Shown here in pieces: positions 49,075 through 60,660 of a stretch of 64,000 nucleotides of DNA. The stretch comes from Mobula birostris (taxonomy: Eukaryota): positions 11,654,600 through 11,718,599 of the forward strand of contig NC_092398.1 in NCBI RefSeq assembly GCF_030028105.1, in the 5' to 3' direction. Within the stretch, counting starts at the first letter, position 1, and the number at the start of each line of letters is the position of its first letter. Under the pieces are notes generated by a model. The model was given only the letters and a program-made list of their open reading frames with translations, searched no databases and had not been told where the DNA came from. The translations under genes were made by a program, and so were the position numbers.

Positions 49075-52015
49075 TTAATGCAAGAAGCTTGGCAGGCAAA
49101 GCAGATGAACTCAGGATATGGATTTATACATGGAACTAGGGTATTTTAGCCTTGATCTAAATGTAGCTGAGGGAAGGACCAACAACTCAAATGTACAGAA
49201 TTCCAGAGTATAGGTGCTACATAAATGGTATTGGTGGAAGTATGTGAGGAGGGTTAATTTCATTTTTGATTAGGAAGAACATCGAAGTAGTAGTTAGAGA
49301 TGATATTATTGGGGATCATCCAATGAGGCTATAAGGGAGGGACTTAGAAATAAAAAGGGGACGATCACTTTGACAGGTTTGTATTATGAGCCCCCCCAAC
49401 AGTCAGCAGGAATTAGACTTGAGGAACATATCTGTTGGGAGATCAGAGATTGCTGTAAGAATAATAGGGTTGCATTAGAAGGTGATTTCAAATTGACTGG
49501 GACTGTGCAGAAGGCCTTGATAGGTGGAATTTGTTTAATCTCTTATATTCCTCAAGTATATCTCTTGAAGATGTTACGTACCCCGTAACTGGGTTGCCAA
49601 ACCAGCAGAAATGGATCACTCAGTTGGAGTCTGGATTACTAGAACTAAGAAAGTTTTATTAAAGAAACAAGCAACACAGTACTCTAATCAAAAGGATAAT
49701 AAATGCAACAGTTCAGCAGTGATAAACACACATGTACACAGAATTAGGATAACAGGATCAATCAAAGTCTATCATCGTCTAGGGGTAAATGACCAGTTTC
49801 AAAGTGACGCAAAGTTCAGTTCAATTGAGTTCAGCTCAGTTCACCGGAATCACTGCCGTGGGAGATGGACAGTGGGGGGAAGGAGAGAGAAAGGAAAAAC
49901 GAATGAATATTCAAACGGCTTCCACACAGACATTCGATATTCTTCGCAGTCGGCTTTCGGGCGAGCCCTTTGTGATGTCTTCTGAGGTTACCGACCGTGA
50001 CCCCTCCGTTTCCAGATACGATCATTTCTCTGTGGTGAATCTGGCACCCAGGCAAGGGCGGACACACACCAGGTTCCCGCTGATCGTGCCTTTCCACCCT
50101 GTGCGTCTATGGCTTGGTCCCGTGACCAGCCCTCCAAAACTTCCCACCGACTTGTGGGAGACACACCGCTTCCAGGGTCTCATTACCTCGGGGTGTCGTG
50201 TGTGTCTTGCCTTAGCGAACCTGTCCCTTTTTATCCCCCTGCTGGGGTATCGCCTGTCCATCACTTCAAACAGTTCAGGGTTCAAAGGGGGAGCCGATCT
50301 TGACAGCTCTCCTTCCGTTAAACTCTCCCGTCCCTTCATTAACATCTCCAAATGCTGCTCCATTGTTTTCCTTATCTCTCTTTCTCCTGAAGACAGGTGG
50401 CAGACCAACCGCTGATCCCACTGATGCCAGCACAGGACAGATAACATCTTAATCTATGTGTATTCTCGTCACAAAGAGTATAAGGGATGTAGGAGTACAG
50501 TTAAGAGTAAAATCAGGAGGGCAAAATGGGGATGAGATAGCTTTTGGCAGATAAGGGGATTATAGAAGTATATTGAGAGCAGAAGGGTAACTAAAGAAAG
50601 AATAAACCCCCTTAATGATCAATGTAGTTATATGTGGAGATATCAAAGTCTTAAATGAGTTTTCTTCATCTGTATTTTCACCATGGAGAGGGTCATGGAG
50701 GCCAAAGAATTAAGGAAAATAAATAGTAATGTATTAGAAGATGGTACAAAAGAAAAGGTGCTATAGATCTTAAAGAGCAAAAAGATGGATAATTCCACCT
50801 GACTTGATCAAGTGTTTCCAAGGACATCGTGGAAAGTTAGTGAAGAAATTACAGGGGCCTTGCAGAGATACTTGCATCATTTTTAGCCATGGGTGAAGTA
50901 CTGGAAGACAGGAGCATGGCTAATGTTCTTCATTTACTTAAGAAGAGCTGCAAGGACAAGTTAGGGAACTATAGGTTGGTGAGTGGTGGGAAAGTTACTT
51001 CAGAGGATTTGAGGGACAGGATCTACAAGATTTGAAAAGGCAAGTACTGAAAAGGGATAGTCAGCATCGATTGCTGTGTGGGAAATTGTGTCTCACAAAT
51101 TTGATTGAGTTTTTTGATGAGTTAACAAAGAAGACTGATGTTGGCAGGGTGGTAGATGTTGTCTACATGGACTTTAGCAAGGACATTTACAAGGTCCCAT
51201 GTGGTTGTCTGGTTTGGAAGAATGAATCACATGGGATACAGGCTAAGCTATAAAATTGGATACAAAATTAGCTAGGTGGAAGAAGATAGAGGATGATAGT
51301 AGAGGGTTCTTATCCAGATTGGATGCATGTGACCAGTGGTGTGCCACAGGGATCAGTGCTAGGTCCACCGTTGTTTGTCATCTATATTAATCATGTGGTT
51401 GACATATTGTATGTAAGTTCATAATGGCACCAAAATTGTTTGGTTGTGAACACTGAAGAAGGTTATTTAAGATTACAACAGGATGTAGATGAACTGGAGA
51501 AATGTGCTAATGAATAGTAGATAGAATTTAATTCAGGAGAGTATGAGATTTTGTAATTTGATAAGTTAAGACAAGACTTACAGAGTGAATGATAAGGCCC
51601 TGGAGAATGTTGCAGGGATATAGCTTCATAGTTTCTTGGAAGTGGCAACACAGGTTGACATGGTGTTGAAGAAAGCATTTGGCAGTTTTGTATTCATCAG
51701 TAAGGGCACTGAGTACAGGTGTTGGGACATTATTTTGCAACTGTTGGTAAGACCACACTTGGAGTATTAAGTGCTGTTCTTTTTGCCCATCTATAGAAAA
51801 GATGCCAATAAGTTGGAAAGGGTACAGAAAAGATTCACAACAATGTTACTGGGTCTTGAGTGCTTGAGTCATAAGGAGAAGGTAGAGAGGTTGGGATTTT
51901 TTCCCAGACGCTGATATATGAACTCATAGAGGTACATAAAATCATGAGGGGAGTAGATAAGGTGGATGTTCAGTATTTTTCCAGGGCAGAGAGCCTTAAA
52001 TTAGAGGGCATAGTC
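49075..52015 (+). mobile_element. Old decayed CR1 LINE (split by the solo LTR)
   Basis: LTNLIEFFDE...VDVVYMDFSK and SGVPQGSVLGP remnants; boundaries approximate. Confidence 0.75.
49572..50473 (-). mobile_element. Solo LTR (Gypsy-like) inserted in an old CR1
   Basis: TGTTACG...CGTCACA termini; 4-bp TSD aaga/aaga; minus-strand TATA-like GATAAAAA at ~50230 and AATAAA at ~49656. Confidence 0.85.
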
Positions 52016-52779
52016 TCTGAAACTGCAAAATAGACTAAATATATATTTATAAAATGCTACATTTACAGATTTCTTGAAGAAGTAACACAACTGAAGGTTT
52101 TGCAAACATTAGAAAAGACAGAATGGCTCTCCCAGTAATCCAATGATGGGAGTTCAATTCCCACAACGGCATAAAGGAATTGAAATTCAATTAATTAAAT
52201 AAATGTTGAATAAAATATAAATAACAATGGTGACCACAAAACTAGAACCATTCTAACTAGCAAATGATCTAGTCTTTTTCTTAAAACAGACTGCAGAAAC
52301 TTTAACTACTCTCTGAAATGGCCTAGCCACTTTGTTCAAGGGCTGTTGTGGGTGCTCAATGAGGCTAGCCTTGCAGTAATCCCCATAACTCCCAAATGAA
52401 TAATTAAGAAACCCCAGGTCCAAATCTTGGTGTATGTAGCCTCGGGAAATATATGTTAATGTATAAACATGAGAATATCTGCAGATGCTACAAACCCAAA
52501 GCAACACACACAAAATGCTGGAGGAACTCAGCAGGCCAGGCAGCATCTATGGAAAAGCATAAACAAATACTTTAAATATCTTAAAGTAGTTGTTTGGCTA
52601 TCATTGGCTTCTGTATCAATAAATAGAAGAAAACGCTGGTCAGAATTCTTAGCTTGAAAGAGTTCCTGGGAGGATGGCAAATACATATGCATTATTTTTT
52701 AAAATCTTGAAAAGAATAAGCAAGGAACAATATCCTGATAAGCCTTACAAGAGCAGTAGGGAATATATAGGATCTAATA

Positions 52780-53840
52780 AAAAGAATATGATGACAGGAA
52801 ACTAAAAGACTATCAGTGGGATTACCCAAAATCAAAATGGACTTATAAATGGAAGATTGTATTTCATAAATATACAGAAGTTTTATTTTCTTCACTGATG
52901 GAATAAATAATAGAGAACAAGCAGATGTGATGTATTTGGATTTTAAGAAAGCCTTTGATAAAGTCTCATAAAAGAGATTAGAATGCAACATTAAAGCACA
53001 TGGTAGTCGCATAGATTGAAACTTGATTGACAGACAGGAAAAGGGAGGAATAAATGGGACGGGTAGTGGACTACCAGGCTACCACAGGTATCAGTCTATT
53101 TACAATTTATGTTAATAATACGTACTGGTTGGGCACAGGAGTACATTCAGCCAGAGACTCATTCCACTGAGATGCAACACTGAGCATCATAGGAAGTCAT
53201 TCCTGCCTGTGGCCATCAAACTTTACAACTCCTCCCTTGGAGGGTCAGACACCCTGAGCCAATAGGCTGGTCCTGGACTTATTTCCTGGTATAATTTACA
53301 TATTACTATTTAATTATTTACGGTTTTATATTGCTATATTTATACTCTATTCTTGGTTGGGGCAACTGTAACGAAAATCAGTTTCCCTTGGGATCAATAA
53401 AGTATGACTATGACTACTACTACTACTAATCCAGATGAGGCAACAGAATGTAATGTTTGTAAATTTGCTTACAATATATAATTGAAAGTTATGATGAGAA
53501 TGGAAAGAGGTTTCAAGGCAACTTAGACAAGTTGAGCAAGTAGACAAATACATAGCAGTTGCAATCTGATGCAGACAAATGTAGTTAGGCATTTTGAAAG
53601 GAAAACAGAAAGTCAGAGCATTTGTTATTTCTCAGAATGACAAACTGGGAAATATTGATATACAAAGGAATAGGAGTGTTTTTGTACAGCTTTCACTGCA
53701 AGCAAACATGCTTTTCCAGGAGCAGTTATGAAGAAAAATTGTTTATTGGCCTTCGTTGAAAGAAGTTTTGCATACAGCAGCAAGGATTTAGTATTATAAT
53801 GATACAGAGCTTAGTGAGACCATACTTGGAATATTGTGTT
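52780..53840 (+). mobile_element. Old CR1 fragment with a Rex1 3' end (53120-53428) inserted
   Basis: YLDFKKAFDKV remnant; the Rex1 segment matches 12626-12890 in reverse and has a (TATGAC)n tail. Confidence 0.65.
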
Positions 53841-54364
53841 CAATGACATGGCACAAGGTCATTACGCTCATCGTGAGCATGCCAGCTTCTAAGGTGGCAA
53901 TATCATTAGTCCTATTCCCTCTCTCGTTATACTCCCACTACTTATTTTCTCTTCCTCATGCTCATTAAAGCCTTGTGATTCTTCTCGCCATTATGCTTAA
54001 CTATGGGTAGTTAGTTAATAAACTTCTTATGGTCTTGAATTAACATACCAACACACCTTTGGGGTGTGTGAGTAATCAGGAACAACTGGGGAGAAATTGC
54101 ATAACCATGGAGAGGACATGCAAACTCCACAAAGTGAGATCAGGATCAAACTAGAGTCTCTGGAGCTGTATGGCAGCTCTGGGATGAGGGATAATGCACT
54201 GGGGAAAAGGAAAAAGGGATGCCTTCTTAACTTTGGAAGAGAAGAAAACACTGATCAAGGAAGGATGACCACTGTGATAAAGCTAAAACAGATCATTTAA
54301 TTAGCTAACCAAAGGAACAGATTTCAACTATAACTGAATCAAATAGTGTCAGAAATAGTCTTAC

Positions 54365-54425
54365 CTTGCTGACTAGAAATGATCCCACTGTTCATAATGA
54401 AAAGAATGTAAATCAGAAGTCTCAT
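54365..54425 (-). CDS. SMPDL3B: Sphingomyelin phosphodiesterase acid-like 3B, exon 1 (signal peptide)
   Basis: MRLLIYILFIMNSGIISSQQG, 61 nt; donor G|GTAAG; phase 1 matches exon 2. Confidence 0.85.
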
Positions 54426-55992
54426 TGCGCAGTTTTAGCTTTCTCGTTAGTACTGATTGTTTGACAATGTTAATGGCCAAAGTTCTGGAGTTTTAACTTT
54501 TATATTGACTCCAAGCAAAGGAACTTAATACCAAGGCAATATGCTGCCTGAGAGGTCATAAAAGTCTTATCGCACTTCAAGATAAAGCTAATTTGTTTCT
54601 GTGCAGATCTTTACCGTCAGCATAAATTAATCTAGTTTTCCTCCAATCTGAATATTGTACTGGCACTTAGACATTTATTGTTAGTGTGCAGCTGGGGTCC
54701 ACCGGAAGCACTCTAGGTCCTGTGTCCAAAAGCTTTATGTCAAAGTCCAGAGATTCTAACACAAGAAGTACACCGCCCCATCCGCCCATTATTGAGACAT
54801 ATAATGGAGCTTGGGCTAGAGTTTCTAGTATCATAGCCCTCTCTCATGATATCATATCAAAGATTACAAGATTGTTCACCCAATGTCCTGGTGAATATCT
54901 ACCCTTTGATAAACATCACTAAGGCAGGTTAATTGGCCGCCATGTTACCTACATTAGAATTGTGACTGCAGTTGAAAAAAAATGCAGTTAAAACAATCTG
55001 GAACATCTTCTGGTTGAAGGTTGACATAGACTCAGTAGTCGAAGGATCTAAAACATTTCCACTTTGTAATCTCTGTAAATTAGTATTCACCCAAGATTAT
55101 ACAAAAAAAACTTGCATTCGGACTTTGTAATGAATGCGTATCTGAACTTTTGTATTTGAACTTTGCAATTTGTAATTTGGATTCAAGAGGATATTGTATA
55201 CAAATCATAAAACAAGTGAATAAATCCATAAGTATACTTATTTATGGTGCATGAGGTCTAAACCAGCTAAAAAAAAGATGATGCTAATCCCAATTTCAGC
55301 AGGTTTTGGTGTTTCAAGTTGCTCATAAATGCAGTGAGGATTTCTGCCTAGTCTAACCTTTGAGACAGGGAGCACCACAGTCTGGATGATTTTTTTTCTT
55401 CAACTACTCTCTAACTTTCTGTCCATAAGCCCATAAGATATAGGAGCAAAATTAATCCATTTGGCCCATTGAGTCTGTCAATCAACTTTCGTTGTTAAAA
55501 ACATAAGGGTGTAAGAAACAAAAGCAGGACTAGGGTCATGTTTGCTGTCATTCATTACGATTGGGGCTGATGTTTTACTTTTTCTGGAATATTGTGCACA
55601 GTTCTAGACTGCCCATCCAAAGAAGTATATATTTACATTAGAAGGAATATAATAAAGGTTCACAGATTGATTCCTGGAATGGAGGTTTGTCTTTCAGAGA
55701 ATAAGCAGATTCAAAGTAACCCAGATCTCAATGAACATTCACATCCTTCAGTCTCCAACATTTAAAATATATCTTGGCCATACAATTTCTATCTAACTGG
55801 ATGGCCTCACATTTTTCCACATTATATATGCCACACCCTTTTTAATTTATTTAATGCCTGAATCTTTTCTGCATTATTCTATCAAAGCAACATGCCAGTA
55901 TATTACCCCAAACAATTTGGATAATTCTGTTTAATAACCTCTTGTGTAGCACCCAACTTTGCATCATTAGTAAACCCACCAATATTCATTAA

Positions 55993-56173
55993 AACACACA
56001 CAAAATGCTGGAGGAACTCAGCAGGCCAGATAGCACCTATGGAAAAAAGTACAGTTGACGTTTTGGGCCGAGACCCTTCAGCAGGAGATGCTGACTGGTC
56101 TGATGAGTTCCTCCAAAATTTTTGTGTTACTTGCATTTCCAGTATCTGTAGATTTTCTTTTGTTTGTGATTCA
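55993..56173. mobile_element. Fold-back mini Penelope remnant with a degenerate hammerhead in the loop
   Basis: Inverted arms acaaaatgctggaggaactcagcaggccag / ctggtctgatgagttcctccaaaatttttgt; attcattaa flanking duplication. Confidence 0.75.
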
Positions 56174-56569
56174 ATTCATTAATATAGATTTGGCACAGCT
56201 AGTGAAAGGCTTTTTGTGGCAACCTGCTATCAACAGGCTCCTAACCCAGAAATAATGTTTTCTGTCAGTTAACCAATCTTTGATCTATACCAGTATATTA
56301 TCATCAGAACGGTGGACTGTATTTTATTTTAATAACTCCTTGCACAGCATCTCATCCAGTCTTCTGTAAGTCCAAAATACATCCAATCCAATGATTCACT
56401 CTTACAACATGAGGAAACTGTAACAGATTGACAAGCATGACCTGCCTTTCATAAAACCATGCTGATTCAGCTTATTTCTTGTTTTACTGCTCAGCAACTC
56501 CCTTAATAATATTCCTGAATTTCCTTGTTGCTTATATTAGGCTGCGTTCCACTTCTCTCTCTTTGCTTA

Positions 56570-56728
56570 CCTCCAAGAGGACCATAACCTAGTCGTGGTT
56601 TGGAGGCTTGTGTGCCTCAATGACCCGGAGGGCTATGTTGGCTGGATTCAGGGCTTTATGTTTTGGCTCTCGGTAAGGTCACCTATGCCAAACAGGTCAA
56701 AGGGTAGAGGCCAGACTAAGAGTGGTCC
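56570..56728 (+). ncRNA. Candidate HDV-like ribozyme at the element 5' end
   Basis: P1 CCTCCAA/TTGGAGG, P2 GGACCAT/GTGGTCC, P3 ACC/GGT, 7-nt L3 TAGTCGT, P4 GCCTC...GAGGC, J4/2 CAGACTAAGA, in nested double-pseudoknot order. Confidence 0.65.
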
Positions 56729-56987
56729 ACTGGTCCTCCAGGTTCAGCTCAGGGCTAACAACTCTGACTGCCAAAACAAAGTTGTTACGGAAACAGCAAT
56801 GAAGATTCCTTCTTCACCTGCGTGCAATGGTATTCCTGAGTCTCCACCCGTAACTTGCAAGACTGAGGTAGTGAAAACTGAGAGGAAGCTACAGGCACGA
56901 TGAAGGAAGGCCTGAACACCGCCAGAGATGGAGGGCCTTCATTGCTGCCCTAAACGCCAGCAGTGTAACAGGCAATAATGATGATGA
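56570..56987 (+). mobile_element. Bipartite RTE-derived non-autonomous retroelement, full length
   Basis: RTE-type 5' UTR motifs joined to an RTE-type 3' end with a (TGA)n tail; 12-bp TSD tctctttgctta at 56558-56569 and 56988-56999. Confidence 0.85.
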
Positions 56988-57477
56988 TCTCTTTGCTTAA
57001 CTTCTGGGATTACATTTCCTGCCTTCTAGTCATGGAAACTTTTCCTGGATCGGTGGGGGTTTGGAAAATGTTGAACAGTGCAAACCCAACTCTAAGGTAC
57101 TACCTTCAAAATCTTGAGATGCCCAAAATGTCAACTGTTTATTCCCCTCCATAGCCTATATTTTGCACGTTAATTGAGAGGCAGGTCATTGGTTCCTGGG
57201 AATTTATCACCTTTCAGTCTCTCCATACTTTCCCTGTAATAATTGCCTTCAGCTCCTTGTTCACTTGAGAATTCTTGTGCTGCATTATTTCTGGAAGGTT
57301 TTTTTTCTATCTTCTTCTGTAAATACAATTGCAAATATTTGTTTTATTTCTCTGTCAATCCCTTATTCACAATATAATTTTTTCTGTCTCATTCTACAAG
57401 GAAACAGTATTAACTTCAGCTAAATATTGCCTGCTTACACAACTATGGAAATGTTAATAGTCTGTTTTATGTTTCTT

Positions 57478-57995
57478 AGGACCATAATATATAGGAGCAG
57501 AAGTTGGCCATTCGTCCCATTGGGTCTGCTCCACCATTCGATCATGGGTTGATCCAATTCTTCTAGTCACTCCCACTACCCTGCCTTCCCCCCATACCTT
57601 TTGATGCCCTGGCTAATCAAGAACCTATCTATCTCTGCCTTAAGTACACCCATTGACTTGGTCTCCACAGCTACTTGTGGCAACAAATTCCACAGATTTA
57701 CCACCCTCTGACAAAAGCAATTTCTCCCCATCTCAGTTCTAAATGAACATCCTTCAATCCTAAAGTTGTGCCCTCTTGTCCTAGAATCCCCTACCATGGG
57801 AAATAATTTTGCCATATCTAATCTGTTCAGGCCTTTTAACATTCAGAATGTTTCTATGAGATCCTCCCTCATTCTTCTGAACTCCAGGGAATACAGCCCA
57901 AGAGCTGCCAGATGTTCCTCATACAGTAACCCTATCATTCCTGGAATCATTCTCGTGAATCTTCTCTGAACCCTCTCCAATGTCAGTATATTCTT
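57478..57995 (-). mobile_element. CR1 3' fragment (others at ~1850-2185, 17130-17490, 20345-20610, 21935-22690, 60910-61290)
   Basis: LERVQRRFTRMIPG...TRGHNFRIEG...RVVNLWN and CR1 3' UTR. Confidence 0.8.
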
Positions 57996-60179
57996 TTCCA
58001 TTTCATCTAGAGATTCAAACAGGAATGTGTCCGATGGGTGACCATAGCAAAGTCTCTGAACAGTGGGGTGGGGAGAAGCATACCCACCATCACTCTCATC
58101 CTGATGGCGCCTTTGTGTGTGTGGATGCGTCAAGCTATGTCTAACACTGATGTACATAGCCTTGTACTTGACTTGTATTGCAAAGGATTGCCTGGCCCCA
58201 TTGTCAAACAGTGACCCATTCAGTAGTACACTGCTGCATTATTTGTCCTTCATGGAAAAGTTCTTTCAATAAAATATCTTTGAACACAAGTTCATCAGGC
58301 AGCAGTCAGCATGCACTGTGGCAGAAGGACTTTAGGGATTCCGCAGGATAATTCCGTGGAAGACTTGGTATCACCAGAACTCACCGATGAGCACCAAGGT
58401 CTTTTTGGCTGGCAGTAAGACGAGCCCTTCCTGTCTGATTCTTCTGCATATTTGGAGGTTCACTCCCAATCCATGCTGCCCTCAGATCAAGGTCGAGATT
58501 ATCTCTAATCTCTGTGGATTGTGCCTTTGCAAAGAATGTCTGAAAAAGGATGCAAGTGTCCTTGTCAAGGTTTATCTCGAGCAGTTGTGTTACAAAGGAC
58601 ACCTTCAAGGAGCGGCACTTGAAAAGGTGGCACCCATCATTAAGGACCCCCATCACCCAGGTCATGCCTCGTTCTCTTTGCTATCATCAGGGAGGAGATA
58701 CAGAAGCCTGAAGCCACACAATCAACAATTCAAAAACAAGGTTGTTGCTACTACACCACTTAACTAGCTGGTATATCTCACTCCTGTACGCCCTCTCATC
58801 TCCGTCTGAGATTCTGCCCACAATGGTTGCATCATCAGCAAATTTATAGATGGCATTTCAGCTATGCCTAGCCACACAGTCATGTGTGTAGAGAGAGCAG
58901 AGTAGTGGGCTAAGCACACATCGCATGAACACTGGAAAAGCAGAAACCCCATGAACACTACCTCAATACTTTTTAAATTTCTATTTTGCACTATTTATTT
59001 AATTTAATATATATTTACTGTAATTCATGTTTTTTCTATTTATTATATATTGTATTGTACTCCTGCCGCAAAGACAACAAATTTCATGTTGTGTGCCGGT
59101 GATACTAAACCTAATTCTGATCTAAAGACTATTCTCAAGGATGCATTCTGACACAAATGTTGCGTGCTTTTCGAAAGTCAATGAGGTGAAAAATGTACTT
59201 TGGCTTTCCAGTACAACAGAACACCAACTGACACTTTCCAGGCTGCAGGGATACATGCTAAGGGAGGCACTGAAGCTTGCTGCTACCTCCTAAAAGGCTT
59301 TCTGCCACTAGACATTGAAAAGTTAAACCTGTATAAAAGCCTCTCAAACACGAGAAGTTGTGCAGCTTAACAACCCACATGAAGGGTCTCAACTCAAAAC
59401 ATCAACTTCATTTCCCTCTATAGACTTCCTGACCTGCTGAGTTCCTCCAGCATCTCGTATACTGCTCCAGATTCCGCCATGTCTCTACTAAAAGTTTTGA
59501 TTCACTCAAAATACTATATACGTACACAGAACGTCCTTACACTATAAAATGAGACCCCCATAAATGATCAACCATGAGCATTGATTCACAAACTCACAAT
59601 ATAGAATCAATGACACTACAAACGTATAGACTGAACACTGTAAATGTACAAAACGATTTTTTGTATTTCTTCTATGCAGTGCATTTTTACAGTGAAAGCA
59701 AATAAAAAGATATTGTCTCAATCTGAATTCGGATTCACAATCAGGTTTACTGTCACTGTCATATGCCGTGAAATTTGTTGTTGTGTAAAGACGTAAAATA
59801 GCTATAAATTCAAAAATAAATTAGTGCAAAAACACTAGTGGTGACAGAGGGGGGAAGAAGCCATCCCGAATCGTTGAGCAACATGCACAAAATACTGGAG
59901 CCACTCAGCAGCGTTTTGTATGTGTTGCTTTGGATTTCCAGGCTTTCTTGCGTTCCTGAATCGTTGAGTGCGGGTCTGCAGGCTCCTTTAACTCTTCCCA
60001 ATGGTTGTCAGGAGAATTCTCGGCATTTCCCTTGTATCGTGCACGAGAAAATGCTTCTATATTTTTTCTCTAAACTCATAAGACATCAAGCTCATAAGAC
60101 ATAAAGAAAAAGGCGATATATAAGTATATAATTACTCGGCCAGGCTTTTAATCATCGTCTTCTGACCAACCTCTTCACA

Positions 60180-60660
60180 GCCATCAGCCAATGACAGTCT
60201 GAGTGTCGCGTTATGGCGTACTTCCGAAGGAGGGGGGAGAGGCCTCAGCACCCCGTGCCATCCTAGGCACTGATTGGCCGAGGCTTTGAGTACGCAGAAG
60301 CGTGAGTGGTCGGCTGCTCCACGAGGCCTGTTTGGCGGGTTTTGGCCGAGCGGCGCGCGTAGTTTCGTCCGCCGACCGCTTGCTGAGGAGAAATGTGGAA
60401 CAACGCGGGTGAGTGAGGGAAGGCTGCCCCTGAGCGTGTGCTGAGGAGCTCGGCCCACCCGGCTTGCCGCACTCCACCCGCTGTCTTTGGTGCGGGCGGA
60501 GGCTGTAAGACTGAAAGAAGTTTGGAAGTGTGCAAATGTCAACAGGACGGGGCTGGGAGAATGGGCGGCCCAGTGGCCTCTGGAGGTGTTTTGGCTTAGG
60601 GAAGGGGCTGCAGTGGAGATGCGACCGGGTTTAGTAAAGAAGAGATACCGTCTCGGGTAG
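60180..60660 (+). promoter_or_regulatory. RPA2 CpG-rich promoter with CCAAT boxes and an E2F site
   Basis: CpG-dense; agccaatga at ~60187 and ctgattggc at ~60270; E2F-type TTTGGCGG at 60331, typical of S-phase genes. Confidence 0.7.
60393..60408 (+). CDS. RPA2: Replication protein A 32 kDa subunit, exon 1
   Basis: ATG TGG AAC AAC GCG G|GTGAGT (MWNNAG) in a CpG-rich region; phase 1 matches exon 2. Confidence 0.85.

Noticed and set aside
49789-50447. 208-aa and 141-aa ORFs as viral or LTR-encoded proteins
   Set aside because: They lie within a solo LTR and show no recognisable gag, pol or env motifs.
58255-58600. Cys-rich 126-aa ORF as a host protein
   Set aside because: It looks like a decayed Tx1/L1-type ORF2 C-terminus fused to a Rex1 remnant; too degraded to annotate.
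60132-60542. Minus-strand ORFs over the RPA2 promoter
   Set aside because: Expected stop-codon scarcity in GC-rich sequence; no coding hallmarks.
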